47,994 bases of DNA. It comes from a virus. Shown here piece by piece: positions 1 through 8,016 of this stretch. The notes under the pieces are model-generated. The model was not told the origin of the DNA. It worked only from the letters and a program-made list of their open reading frames with translations, and made no database searches. A program made the position numbers and the translations under genes. The stretch is from the IMG/VR virus record IMGVR_UViG_3300045988_098207. One strand, given 5' to 3'. Each line of letters opens with the position of its first letter. The stretch's first letter is position 1.

Positions 1-55
1 TTGTTTGCTCTGACCCCGCAAAGTTCAACGACAGCAATTATGAGGGTTATTCTCA
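1..55. repeat. Terminal self-overlap of the contig (identical to 47940-47994); circular or circularly permuted genome of 47,939 bp
   Basis: nt 1-55 (ttgtttgctctgaccccgcaaagttcaacgacagcaattatgagggttattctca) recur exactly at 47940-47994. One ORF runs through the junction in frame. Confidence 0.9.
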
Positions 56-338
56 TGTCGGCAATGAAGCCCGTACAGAGGGTTATGTGAAAGAGGTCAT
101 TTTCGGAGAGGGTGGCGAGATTATGCCAAAGACAGTCGGTGGCGGTTCTACCACTTATTTCTGTGATTATCATTACACAAACATTCCAACGACTGAAACA
201 CTCCGTGGGGTTCTGTTCGGCGGTAGTGCGAATTCCGGCTCGTCTGCGGGCTTCGCTTATGCGTATTCGTCTTTCGCCCCCTCGGCTGCGAATTCGTACT
301 TCGGTTCTCGCCTTTGCTTTTTCCCCGCAACAGCGTAA
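1..338 (+). CDS. C-terminal part of the wrap-around fibre/receptor-binding candidate, carrying VR-like repeat 1
   Basis: In frame with 46826-47994 across the junction. Ends ..LRGVLFGGSANSGSSAGFAYAYSSFAPSAANSYFGSRLCFFPATA, stop TAA 336-338. This is the Gly/Ser/Asn-rich C-terminus typical of DGR target domains. Confidence 0.75.
   Translation, partial: VCSDPAKFNDSNYEGYSHVGNEARTEGYVKEVIFGEGGEIMPKTVGGGSTTYFCDYHYTNIPTTETLRGVLFGGSANSGSSAGFAYAYSSFAPSAANSYFGSRLCFFPATA
246..320 (+). repeat. VR-like repeat copy 1 (partner 13129-13203)
   Basis: 68/75 nt identical to 13129-13203. All 7 mismatches are at codon positions 1-2. The 3' 26 nt are invariant. Confidence 0.7.
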
Positions 339-384
339 CACGCCCCTCGTTTATCGTTTAACCCTTTAACTCAATCAAAAGACA

Positions 385-776
385 ATGGAAGAAAATAAGA
401 AGCCCGATGACGGTTCACTTGCCTTTCTGAACATACCCCGTGACGAAAGCAACCGTTCTTTCAACTTGAAGACGGTCTGTCCTTGAAGATAAAAGGCAAC
501 TATCAGATATTCCCCGTGGCGAAGAACCGTTATGACAGACACGGGCGTGCGCTTGATTATGTCGGTTACAAGTTCTTCCGAGAACAGAAGTTGATGCGCA
601 AGTCAATAAAACAGAATTTCTGCCGTGAAGTCGCCCGCCTGAACAAACGGGAGAAGCCGTTAAGCCAAAAGGCATACAAACAGGCTGTCTGCCCGTGGTT
701 GGGTTGGGCGAAACACAGCAATTCAAGACATCTTTTGAAAACAATTATTAAACAGAAGTATTATGGCATTCTATGA
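385..776 (+). pseudogene. Remnant of a DGR-type reverse transcriptase (C-terminal thumb region only; fingers and palm deleted)
   Basis: Frame-0 translation from 444 reads FFQLEDGLSLKIKGNYQIFPV..GRALDYVGYKFFREQKLMRKSIKQNF..WLGWAKHSNSRHLL..KYYGIL. By eye this matches the last ~110 aa of Bordetella phage Brt as I recall it (GLKISHWQVAPVSRGINFLGYRIWPTHKLLRKS..WSGHAQWADTHNLF..QYGI). The shifted ORF 385-486 (..KKPDDGSLAF..) may hold the YxDD remnant. Only ~50-100 nt separate it from the upstream stop. Confidence 0.7.
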
Positions 777-1170
777 CAACAAGCCCTCCAAGTTGGAGGC
801 AGTGGGTAACGGTTCTTACTTGTACCGTTGGAATATTCAGGAGGTAAAGCCTGAGAGCGTTGAAAAGACCTCAGAAGAGGGCGCAGAGGCTCAGGCAGAG
901 AAAGCCCCTCAGTTCTCATGTGAAGAGGTCTCAGTATGGGAACCGCTGACCTCAAACAAAATCACAGAGGCGGTAATTACCTCAAAGTGGGACGCTAATT
1001 ACGAGCAGAAACTTGTCAACGAGTACAACGCCGCACAGCTCGGTTTATACGGCGCAAAGACATCTGACGAGGCGAAAGCCCACATTAAGGCTTACACAGA
1101 TTATCTTACAGAGCGTGCCGCCCTGAAAACTCAGGTAGATGCGGACTGCGCCGAGTTCGGTATTCTCTAA
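763..1170 (+). CDS. Hypothetical protein (135 aa) in the tail-fibre region
   Basis: ATG-initiated ORF on the same strand, overlapping the end of the RT remnant by 14 nt. No motif recognised. Confidence 0.5.
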   Translation: MAFYDNKPSKLEAVGNGSYLYRWNIQEVKPESVEKTSEEGAEAQAEKAPQFSCEEVSVWEPLTSNKITEAVITSKWDANYEQKLVNEYNAAQLGLYGAKTSDEAKAHIKAYTDYLTERAALKTQVDADCAEFGIL

Positions 1171-1295
1171 CTCTCTGTTTCAGGAGTGAGGGGCGGGCGG
1201 TTCAGACTGTCAGCCTCTCTACTCTTTGAAAAATGGCGGTAACTCATTCTAAAGCCCCACAAAGCGTTTTGAAGTGATTACCTTATAAGCATACC

Positions 1296-1342
1296 ACAGA
1301 GAAAAGTAAACGCCGTGTGCGTCAAATTCGCAAAAAATAACT
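1296..1342 (+). promoter_or_regulatory. Intergenic repeat element, partial copy (3' box only), 16 nt upstream of the fibre gene start
   Basis: agagaaaagtaaacgccgtgtgcgtcaaattcgcaaaaaataact closely matches 37035-37080 and the 3' boxes at 21507-21539, 24441-24475 and complement(29922-29954). Confidence 0.6.
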
Positions 1343-1358
1343 CTCAAATAAAACGACA

Positions 1359-4300
1359 ATGATAATTTACAACGACAAAGGCAAAAAGCTCCTTGAAATT
1401 GAGGTTGACGATAACAGTTATCGCCACAGAGTTATCATGGGCGATTATAACCTCACGCTTTATTACAGCCTCGCAGAACACGTTGAGTTGCCCGTGGGCT
1501 GTTATTGTGACTATCAGGGAGAACGCTTCACGCTTGAACGCCCTGAGGCTTTCAAGATGAAACACAGCCGCAGTTTTGAATACACCGTGACAATGGAGAG
1601 CAGTCAGGCAAAGGCGAAGATTTGGAAGTTCAGAAACCCCGTTGACGGGCGACTGAAATTCAGCCTGACCGCCAAGCCCCATGAGCACCTCCAAATGTTC
1701 GTTGACAACATGAACCGCCGTGACACGGGTTGGGCGGTCGGCTCTTGTGTGTCAGGCGATGAAGTCTGCATATCGTACAGCCACGCTTTCTGTTATGAGG
1801 CGTTGGAACAAATGGCTTCAACCCTGAACACGGAATTTGAGTTCAACGGCAAGACCGTCTCGCTCCGCAAGGTTGAATATAACAAGAACAACCCGCTGCC
1901 GCTCTCATACGGGCGGGGTAACGGCTTCAAGCCAAATGTGGGGCGTTCTAACTATGGGGACACGCCACCGACTGAAATTCTCTACGTTCAGGGCGGTTCA
2001 GACAATATAGACCCGAGCAAATACGGAAGCTCAGAACTTCTTTTGCCGAAGTCTCAGTCAATAGGCTTTGACGGCGTTTACTTTGAAGACGAAGAGGGCT
2101 TCAACGCTGACAACGCCCGTTACTATATGACTGACGATTTGGGGTTCTCAATCAGAAGAAAGGACAAAGACCTGACAAGCCTCGCCGAGAGCAGTCTTGA
2201 CTGTTCAGACATCTACCCGAAGCGTGTCAGCGAAATATCTTCTGTTGTGTGTGTTGACAAAGACAAGAACTTTTACGACATCATAGACAACTCAATCCCT
2301 GAGAACCTTGACTACGAGAAATGCCTGATAGACGGCGAGACCATGACAGTTATCTTTCAGACGGGCATGTTAGCGGGAAAAGAGTTTGAAGTGAAATACT
2401 ACCACAACTCAATTCTGAACCCTGACGGCTCTTTGAAGAAAGCCGCCCGCCGCTTTGAGATAACGCCGCAAGAGATTGACGGGCAGACCATGCCGAATGA
2501 GACCTTTTGCCCACGGGCTAACGAGAAATACGCTGTCTTCAAGTGTATGTTGCCTGACGCTTATATCTGCGACAACGCCACAAAGTCAGGGGCTTCATGG
2601 GACATGTTCCGTCAAGCCGTGAAAAGTCTCTTTGACAACGAGGAGACTAAGTTCACGTTCACGGGAGACCTTGACGGCATTTGGGCAAAGAAAGATTGGC
2701 TGAACATAGGCGGGCGCATCAAGCTCGGCGGGTATATAAAGTTCTCCGATGAACGCTTTCAGAAAGACGGCGTTCTCGTCCGCATCACGGGCATTAAAGA
2801 TTATATCAACAAGCCGCACAGCCCCTCTCTTGAACTGTCAAACGAGACGAAAAGCGCATCTTTCTCTTCAAAGTTGAAGCAGCTTGAAAGCGAGGAGGTG
2901 GTCATTGAAGACAACCACCGTGAGGCTATTCAATTCACAAAGAGACGGTTCAGGGACGCAAAAGAGACAATGAGCATGTTGGAGGCTTCGCTGCTTGAAA
3001 ACTTCACTCAGAGCATAAGCCCAATCGCCATACAGACCATGCAGATGCTTGTCGGCGATGAAAGTCTTCAATTCCGTTTCGTCTCTTCAAAGACAAACCC
3101 GACACAGGTCAGCCATACGATAAACTACGATCAGGAGACAAAGACCCTGAAAGCGGCTGCGGGTCTCATTCAGCACCTGACGCTCGGCGTGTCTTCTTTG
3201 AGTTCATCGCATAAGCCCGAAGAATACTTATATTGGAACGTTGAAGAGTTTGAGAGCGCAAGACTTGAAGACGGGTCAAAGAAGTATTATCTATACGCAA
3301 AGGTTAGCAAGACAGCCGACAAGGGCGTTTTCTTTCTCTCTGAGAGCGCAAAAACGTTGAATGGGGTTGACGGTCACTACTGCCTCCTTGTCGGCGTTCT
3401 GAACAGCGAATACAACGGGGAGAGAAGTTTTGCCACGCTCTACGGCTTCACAGAGATATTGCCAGGGCGAGTAACGACCGACAGAGTTGTTTCAGGTGAC
3501 GGCAACAGCTATTTTGATATGCTCGCCAACGCCATGAAGCTCGGGGACGCTCTTGACTTCAATTCGGCGGGGGACGGTAAGCTCAGAATAAAAGGCACAA
3601 TCGTTCAGAGCCAAAGCGGTCAAGAGAGCTATATCGGCTGTTATATGGGCGAATACAACGCCTCATACACTTATTATAATGGCGATGAGGTTACTTTCAC
3701 AAAAGACGGCAATACGTCAACATACAGAATGTTCAGCGACACGCCTGTCAAAGGCGTTGAGCCGACAAACTCTCTTTATTGGCAAGTCGTAGCTCAGGGT
3801 TCAAAGGGGGCTGACGGCACTTCTGTTAAAATCAAGGGTCAGGCTTACGCACATTATTCAACAAAGGAAGAATGGAAGCCTGACAGAAGAAAGCCCGTTG
3901 TCCTGATTGATAAATATACGCTGACATCGGGGGAAACGACCGAGGATAAATATTGTGTTGTCAAGAAGCTCGGAAGACCCTTTGCGGGAGCGGCTGAGGG
4001 TTGGGTGACCGTTTACGCAGAGGAGGGAGACGCTTATATGATGAACTCGGACGATGAAGCCTTGAACGGTTGTATGTATGTGCCTCAGACAGACAAATGG
4101 CAAAACGTGGGTCGGATAAAAGGCGACAAAGGCGACACGGGTCAAGAAGGCGCAGCGGGTAAGTTCACTGAACTACGTTACGCCAAGAACGGCTCAACAA
4201 CAACGCCGCCCGCTCTGTCAAAATCAAGCCTGAACCCGTCAGGGTGGACTACTGAGGTGCCAACGGTTGCAAGTCTTGAATATCTATGGCAGACAACAGC

Positions 4301-5747
4301 CGTGAAGTCAGGTGACGGAAAGACGCTTCTTTCTCAGTGGTCAACCCCCGTGAGAGTAACTCCGTACAACGGTGTTGACGGTCAAGACGGCGCAGACGGT
4401 AAGGACGGAACAAACGGGCGTGGTATAAGAAGTGTGACAGAGTACTACGGGGTCAGTCAGAACAGCAATGTCAGACCAACCGTTTGGTCTATTTCTTCTG
4501 TGCCTACACTCTCTGAGACAAACAAGTATCTTTGGAATTATGAACGCATCATTTATACTGACGGCTCTTCTGTCACTACTCCCGCTGTTATTATCGGCTG
4601 TTATGGCGACAAAGGGCGTGGTATTGTTTCGATAACGGAAATGTACCTTGCCACGAACCTCTCAACGGGCGTGACAAAGAACACTATCGGTTGGAGCAGT
4701 TCTGTTCAGGATATTTCAGCCTCGCGCCCGTACTTATATAATTATGAGATTATAAAGTACTCAGACAACACAACAGAAGAGACAGGCGTTGCCCTGATTG
4801 GGCGTTGGGGAGCTGACGGCTCAGACGGTCAAGACGGGCGGGACGGCGTATCTGCTGCCTCAGTCTATCGTGGAGAATACTCTTCAACAAAGCGGTATTA
4901 CGGTAACTCATTCAGGGTTGACATCGTGAAGTATAACTCGGCTTATTATATCAGCCGTGTTGACGCTCCAAACGGGTCAGGCGGCTTCACGGGCGTTGCG
5001 CCAACCAATACAAATTATTGGAACGCATACGGGGCGAGCTTTGAGAGTGTGGCGACAAGTCTTTTGTTGGCTGAACTTGCCAATATTGCGGGGTTCATCT
5101 TCCGCAACAACCGTCTTGAAAGTCAGACCCTTTCAGACGGTTCAACAACAGACGGGGCGACAAGCAAAACTCCTATGGTGTTCCTGAACGGTCTCACGGG
5201 TCAGGTTTCATTTGCGGGCGGTAAGGTTGTATTCAACTCTGACGGAACTGTGAACATCGGCAACGGCAAATTCACTGTTGACAAGAACGGCAACACAACG
5301 ATGAACAATGTCACGATGAACAACATCACAGCGAACTCAGGAACATTCAAAGGGGTTATCAATGCCGATGCGGGCTTGATTATGAAAGTGGAGAAATTCA
5401 CGGCTAATCAAGAGTATTATTACCTGAAATCAGAAACAACGGTTTTAATAGTTCAAACCCCCTATGGCAAAGAACAGGGAGACGCACATTTTCAAAAAAT
5501 AGTCTTGCCTCAGAACCCGAATGTCGGTCAAGTTCTGACAATAATCAACAACAACGCCTATCCTTGGTACACAGAGTTGAGAATTTACGGGAACGGTCAC
5601 AGAATTATCCCGTCATGCGGAGACACATTATGGGGGAACAAGACTTGGGATGCGGGTTATTATTTGCCGCTCGCCTCACAGAGGGGTAAGCAACTCATTT
5701 TTGACGGCTCAATGTGGTGGCAGATAAATATGTTCAACGGGTATTAA
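1359..5747 (+). CDS. Large tail-associated fibre / antireceptor protein (Tal-like N-terminus, collagen-like stretches, repeated fibre domains), 1462 aa
   Basis: N-terminus (MIIYNDKGKKLLEIEVDDNSYRHRVIMGDYNLTLYY..) resembles siphophage minor structural/tail endopeptidase N-terminal regions. G-X-Y runs: GDKGDTGQEGAAG, GVDGQDGADGKDGTNG, GADGSDGQDGRDG. Three tandem ..YLW(N/Q).. domains. Confidence 0.7.
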   Translation: MIIYNDKGKKLLEIEVDDNSYRHRVIMGDYNLTLYYSLAEHVELPVGCYCDYQGERFTLERPEAFKMKHSRSFEYTVTMESSQAKAKIWKFRNPVDGRLKFSLTAKPHEHLQMFVDNMNRRDTGWAVGSCVSGDEVCISYSHAFCYEALEQMASTLNTEFEFNGKTVSLRKVEYNKNNPLPLSYGRGNGFKPNVGRSNYGDTPPTEILYVQGGSDNIDPSKYGSSELLLPKSQSIGFDGVYFEDEEGFNADNARYYMTDDLGFSIRRKDKDLTSLAESSLDCSDIYPKRVSEISSVVCVDKDKNFYDIIDNSIPENLDYEKCLIDGETMTVIFQTGMLAGKEFEVKYYHNSILNPDGSLKKAARRFEITPQEIDGQTMPNETFCPRANEKYAVFKCMLPDAYICDNATKSGASWDMFRQAVKSLFDNEETKFTFTGDLDGIWAKKDWLNIGGRIKLGGYIKFSDERFQKDGVLVRITGIKDYINKPHSPSLELSNETKSASFSSKLKQLESEEVVIEDNHREAIQFTKRRFRDAKETMSMLEASLLENFTQSISPIAIQTMQMLVGDESLQFRFVSSKTNPTQVSHTINYDQETKTLKAAAGLIQHLTLGVSSLSSSHKPEEYLYWNVEEFESARLEDGSKKYYLYAKVSKTADKGVFFLSESAKTLNGVDGHYCLLVGVLNSEYNGERSFATLYGFTEILPGRVTTDRVVSGDGNSYFDMLANAMKLGDALDFNSAGDGKLRIKGTIVQSQSGQESYIGCYMGEYNASYTYYNGDEVTFTKDGNTSTYRMFSDTPVKGVEPTNSLYWQVVAQGSKGADGTSVKIKGQAYAHYSTKEEWKPDRRKPVVLIDKYTLTSGETTEDKYCVVKKLGRPFAGAAEGWVTVYAEEGDAYMMNSDDEALNGCMYVPQTDKWQNVGRIKGDKGDTGQEGAAGKFTELRYAKNGSTTTPPALSKSSLNPSGWTTEVPTVASLEYLWQTTAVKSGDGKTLLSQWSTPVRVTPYNGVDGQDGADGKDGTNGRGIRSVTEYYGVSQNSNVRPTVWSISSVPTLSETNKYLWNYERIIYTDGSSVTTPAVIIGCYGDKGRGIVSITEMYLATNLSTGVTKNTIGWSSSVQDISASRPYLYNYEIIKYSDNTTEETGVALIGRWGADGSDGQDGRDGVSAASVYRGEYSSTKRYYGNSFRVDIVKYNSAYYISRVDAPNGSGGFTGVAPTNTNYWNAYGASFESVATSLLLAELANIAGFIFRNNRLESQTLSDGSTTDGATSKTPMVFLNGLTGQVSFAGGKVVFNSDGTVNIGNGKFTVDKNGNTTMNNVTMNNITANSGTFKGVINADAGLIMKVEKFTANQEYYYLKSETTVLIVQTPYGKEQGDAHFQKIVLPQNPNVGQVLTIINNNAYPWYTELRIYGNGHRIIPSCGDTLWGNKTWDAGYYLPLASQRGKQLIFDGSMWWQINMFNGY

Positions 5748-5769
5748 TACTCACTTAAATAAAAAGAAA

Positions 5770-6006
5770 ATGAAACAGAAAATTTTCAAATGGTTATCAG
5801 CGAGCAATCGTTGGAAACATTTTGTCGGCGGGGTCATGATTGGACTTGGGGCTGACGATTGGTATTGCGCCTGTTATACGGGTGCGGGTGTTGGAGGTGC
5901 TCTTGAACTGAAAGACGTTCTTTATGGCGGCTCTTGGGATTGGATAGACTTCGCTCTGACAGCGAGCGGGGCGGTTGTCGGACATTCAATCAGGGCGGTG
6001 CTATGA
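5770..6006 (+). CDS. Small membrane protein, holin candidate (78 aa)
   Basis: Gly-rich hydrophobic segments (FVGGVMIGLGA, TGAGVGGAL, FALTASGAVVG). Sits at the head of the lysis cassette, with an ATGA overlap to the next gene. Confidence 0.4.
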   Translation: MKQKIFKWLSASNRWKHFVGGVMIGLGADDWYCACYTGAGVGGALELKDVLYGGSWDWIDFALTASGAVVGHSIRAVL

Positions 6007-6605
6007 ATGAGGTTCAACAAGTTACAGAGATAGCCAAAGGCATAAGCGACTATGGCTTAATGGCTGTCACGGCGGCTTTCTTTCTTCTTCTGTCGGCGGC
6101 GATGATGATAGCCATTTTCAGATGGTTCAAATCAATGATTAACCGCATGTTAGAACAGCAAGAATGCCTGAGACAGTTGTTAGACATTCTTCAAGACAAC
6201 AACGCAGCGATAAAAAACCTTGCTGAACGTCTTGAACCTGAGACACAGATGCGCATCAGAAACCTGACGGGCTTTGCCTTTGACCTCACGGTGGAACAGG
6301 TCTGCCGCCTTATTAAGAGGGTCAGAAAAGAAAACCACATCATCGACCATGAGGCAACGGCAGAGAAGATACGAAAGTCTCTCAAAGTCATTCATGAAGA
6401 CAGAAACAGCCGCTTTGACCCGTTCACATACCACGGGAAACCGCTGTCAGACTTCTGCGCCCCTGAATGGGTTGAAGACGTGGCAAAGGTCGTTGAGAGT
6501 GAAATCTACAATGCGGACGGGGAAAACAACGCCCGTGCTTACACGAATGTTAAACTTGCGTATGATAATATCAAAACAGAGTTTTATCAACGCTTAAACG
6601 GTTAA
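6003..6605 (+). CDS. N-terminally membrane-anchored protein in the lysis cassette (holin/antiholin or i-spanin-like), 200 aa
   Basis: ATG 6003 overlaps the upstream stop. One TM helix (GLMAVTAAFFLLLSAAMMIAIF) is followed by a charged, helical region. Start chosen over the track's upstream alternative at 5934. Confidence 0.35.
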   Translation: MNEVQQVTEIAKGISDYGLMAVTAAFFLLLSAAMMIAIFRWFKSMINRMLEQQECLRQLLDILQDNNAAIKNLAERLEPETQMRIRNLTGFAFDLTVEQVCRLIKRVRKENHIIDHEATAEKIRKSLKVIHEDRNSRFDPFTYHGKPLSDFCAPEWVEDVAKVVESEIYNADGENNARAYTNVKLAYDNIKTEFYQRLNG

Positions 6606-6611
6606 AATGAT

Positions 6612-7211
6612 ATGATAGTAATTATTGACAACGGTCACGGAGAAGACACAGCGGGCAAGCGTTCTCCTGACGGAAGACTGAGAGAGTACGCCTACGCCCG
6701 TGAGATTGCCAAGCGTCTGCAGTGTGCTTTATGCCATGAGCTTGGGGCTGGTCATGTTTTTCTCTTAACCCCTGAAACAAACGACATCAGCCTGAAAGAA
6801 CGCTGTCAGAGGGCAAACAACCTCTGCAAGGCTCACGGGGCTTCAAACGCTCTGTTGGTCTCAATTCACAACAACGCAGCGGGGGCTGACGGCAAATGGC
6901 ATGAAGCCCGTGGGTGGTCGGCACACGTCTCTCTGAATGCCTCTCAGAAGAGCAAGACGCTTGCAACGTATCTTGCTCAGGCGGCAGAGAAAAACGGACT
7001 GAGAGTGAGAAAATACACGCCACAGCAGCCGTTCATCACTCAGAACCTCGCTATCTGCCGAGATACAAGCTGCCCCGCCGTTCTGACTGAGAACCTTTTT
7101 CAGGACAACAAAGAAGACGTAGATTTTCTTCTGAGTGAAGAGGGTAAGCAGCTCATTACAAAGGTTCATGTGGACGGCATTCTGTCTTATATCAAAAGCG
7201 TGAAGAAATGA
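6612..7211 (+). CDS. N-acetylmuramoyl-L-alanine amidase endolysin (Amidase_3-like)
   Basis: IIDNGHGEDTAGKRSPDG.. near the N-terminus, ..LLVSIHNNAAG.. and ..PAVLTENLFQDN.. These are motifs typical of zinc amidase endolysins. Confidence 0.75.
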   Translation: MIVIIDNGHGEDTAGKRSPDGRLREYAYAREIAKRLQCALCHELGAGHVFLLTPETNDISLKERCQRANNLCKAHGASNALLVSIHNNAAGADGKWHEARGWSAHVSLNASQKSKTLATYLAQAAEKNGLRVRKYTPQQPFITQNLAICRDTSCPAVLTENLFQDNKEDVDFLLSEEGKQLITKVHVDGILSYIKSVKK

Positions 7212-7690
7212 CAAAGAAACTGTTCATCTTATTGGCGGCGGTCTCACTCATGTGGGGCTGCTGCCCTTGCAGAAACCTGACAACAGAAACAGACCGTCAG
7301 GACAGCACCCGTGTTGAGGTCAGGACGCAGACAATTCTCGTTCCTGATACGGTCTTTCTTGAAATACCCGCTCAGACGGCAGAGCGCACAACCCGTGACA
7401 GCGTTTCACACCTTGAAAACGAATATGCCACCTCTGACGCTCGTATCAACCCTGACGGCTCTCTGTTTCACGATCTGCGGACAAAGCCTCAGAAGAAAGC
7501 CATTGAGACGGACAAGAAGATTGAGAAACGGGACAGCGTAGTTTATCGGTACAGATACCTGAAAGTCAAAGAAAAAGTTTCAGTTCCCCGTGACCTGACA
7601 AAGTTTCAGAAATGTGAAATCTTCGGTTTTTGGTTCTTGTTGGCAATCTTCGCCTTGGTTGTGTACCTGAAACGGCTTCAAAAACAGTGA
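7208..7690 (+). CDS. Lipoprotein with a C-terminal TM helix: unimolecular spanin candidate
   Basis: Signal/lipobox-like N-terminus (MTKKLFILLAAVSLMWGCC) and C-terminal TM segment (IFGFWFLLAIFALVVYL). Last gene of the lysis cassette, with an ATGA overlap to the amidase gene. Confidence 0.4.
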   Translation: MTKKLFILLAAVSLMWGCCPCRNLTTETDRQDSTRVEVRTQTILVPDTVFLEIPAQTAERTTRDSVSHLENEYATSDARINPDGSLFHDLRTKPQKKAIETDKKIEKRDSVVYRYRYLKVKEKVSVPRDLTKFQKCEIFGFWFLLAIFALVVYLKRLQKQ

Positions 7691-7759
7691 AAACGCTAAA
7701 AATGATTAAGGCGTAAGCACAAAAATCGGAAATTCTGTCGGAATTAAAAAAGAAATTCT

Positions 7760-7767
7760 TACCTTTG
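7760..7767 (+). promoter_or_regulatory. Bacteroidota-type -7 promoter box TAccTTTG upstream of the HsdR_N-like gene
   Basis: Exact match to the TAnnTTTG consensus in an intergenic region. Confidence 0.4.
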
Positions 7768-7855
7768 TGACAAAATTTGAAAATATAGCGTTTGCTATTG
7801 TTTTGAGGGTCAAGAAAATCGCCAAAATTTCAGACAGCCTTAAAAGCAATGGTAG

Positions 7856-7952
7856 ATGCCCACGTATATCGTGGGCATTTTCCTTGTAGGCTGTTCGGGT
7901 GTTTGGCGATACCTCTTGACCGACAAGGGGATGCCCACGTTTTTACGTTGGG
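7856..7952 (+). promoter_or_regulatory. Leader with two hairpins sharing the arm gatgcccacgt (possible attenuator or terminator)
   Basis: atgcccacg(7856-7864)/cgtgggcat(7870-7878) form a 9-bp stem with loop tatat, followed by TTT. The arm atgcccacg recurs at 7931-7939 and pairs with 7945-7952, so 7870-7878 could pair with either copy. Confidence 0.35.
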
Positions 7953-8016
7953 TCTCTGTGACAACGGCGAGCCGTGTTTTGCAAAGGTACAGAGTTTTAA
8001 CGTAAAAACAGCAGAT

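Noticed and set aside
415-744. 109-aa minus-strand ORF overlapping the RT remnant
   Set aside because: The plus-strand frame gives a convincing RT C-terminal match. The antisense ORF has no recognisable features.
7722-7733. Exact 12-mer aaaatcggaaat shared by 7722-7733 and 10038-10049 (plus aaaatcgaaat at about 10065), considered as repressor operators
   Set aside because: A single 12-mer coincidence is within chance expectation for this genome size. There is no dyad symmetry and no third clear copy at another promoter. It is kept only as a note.
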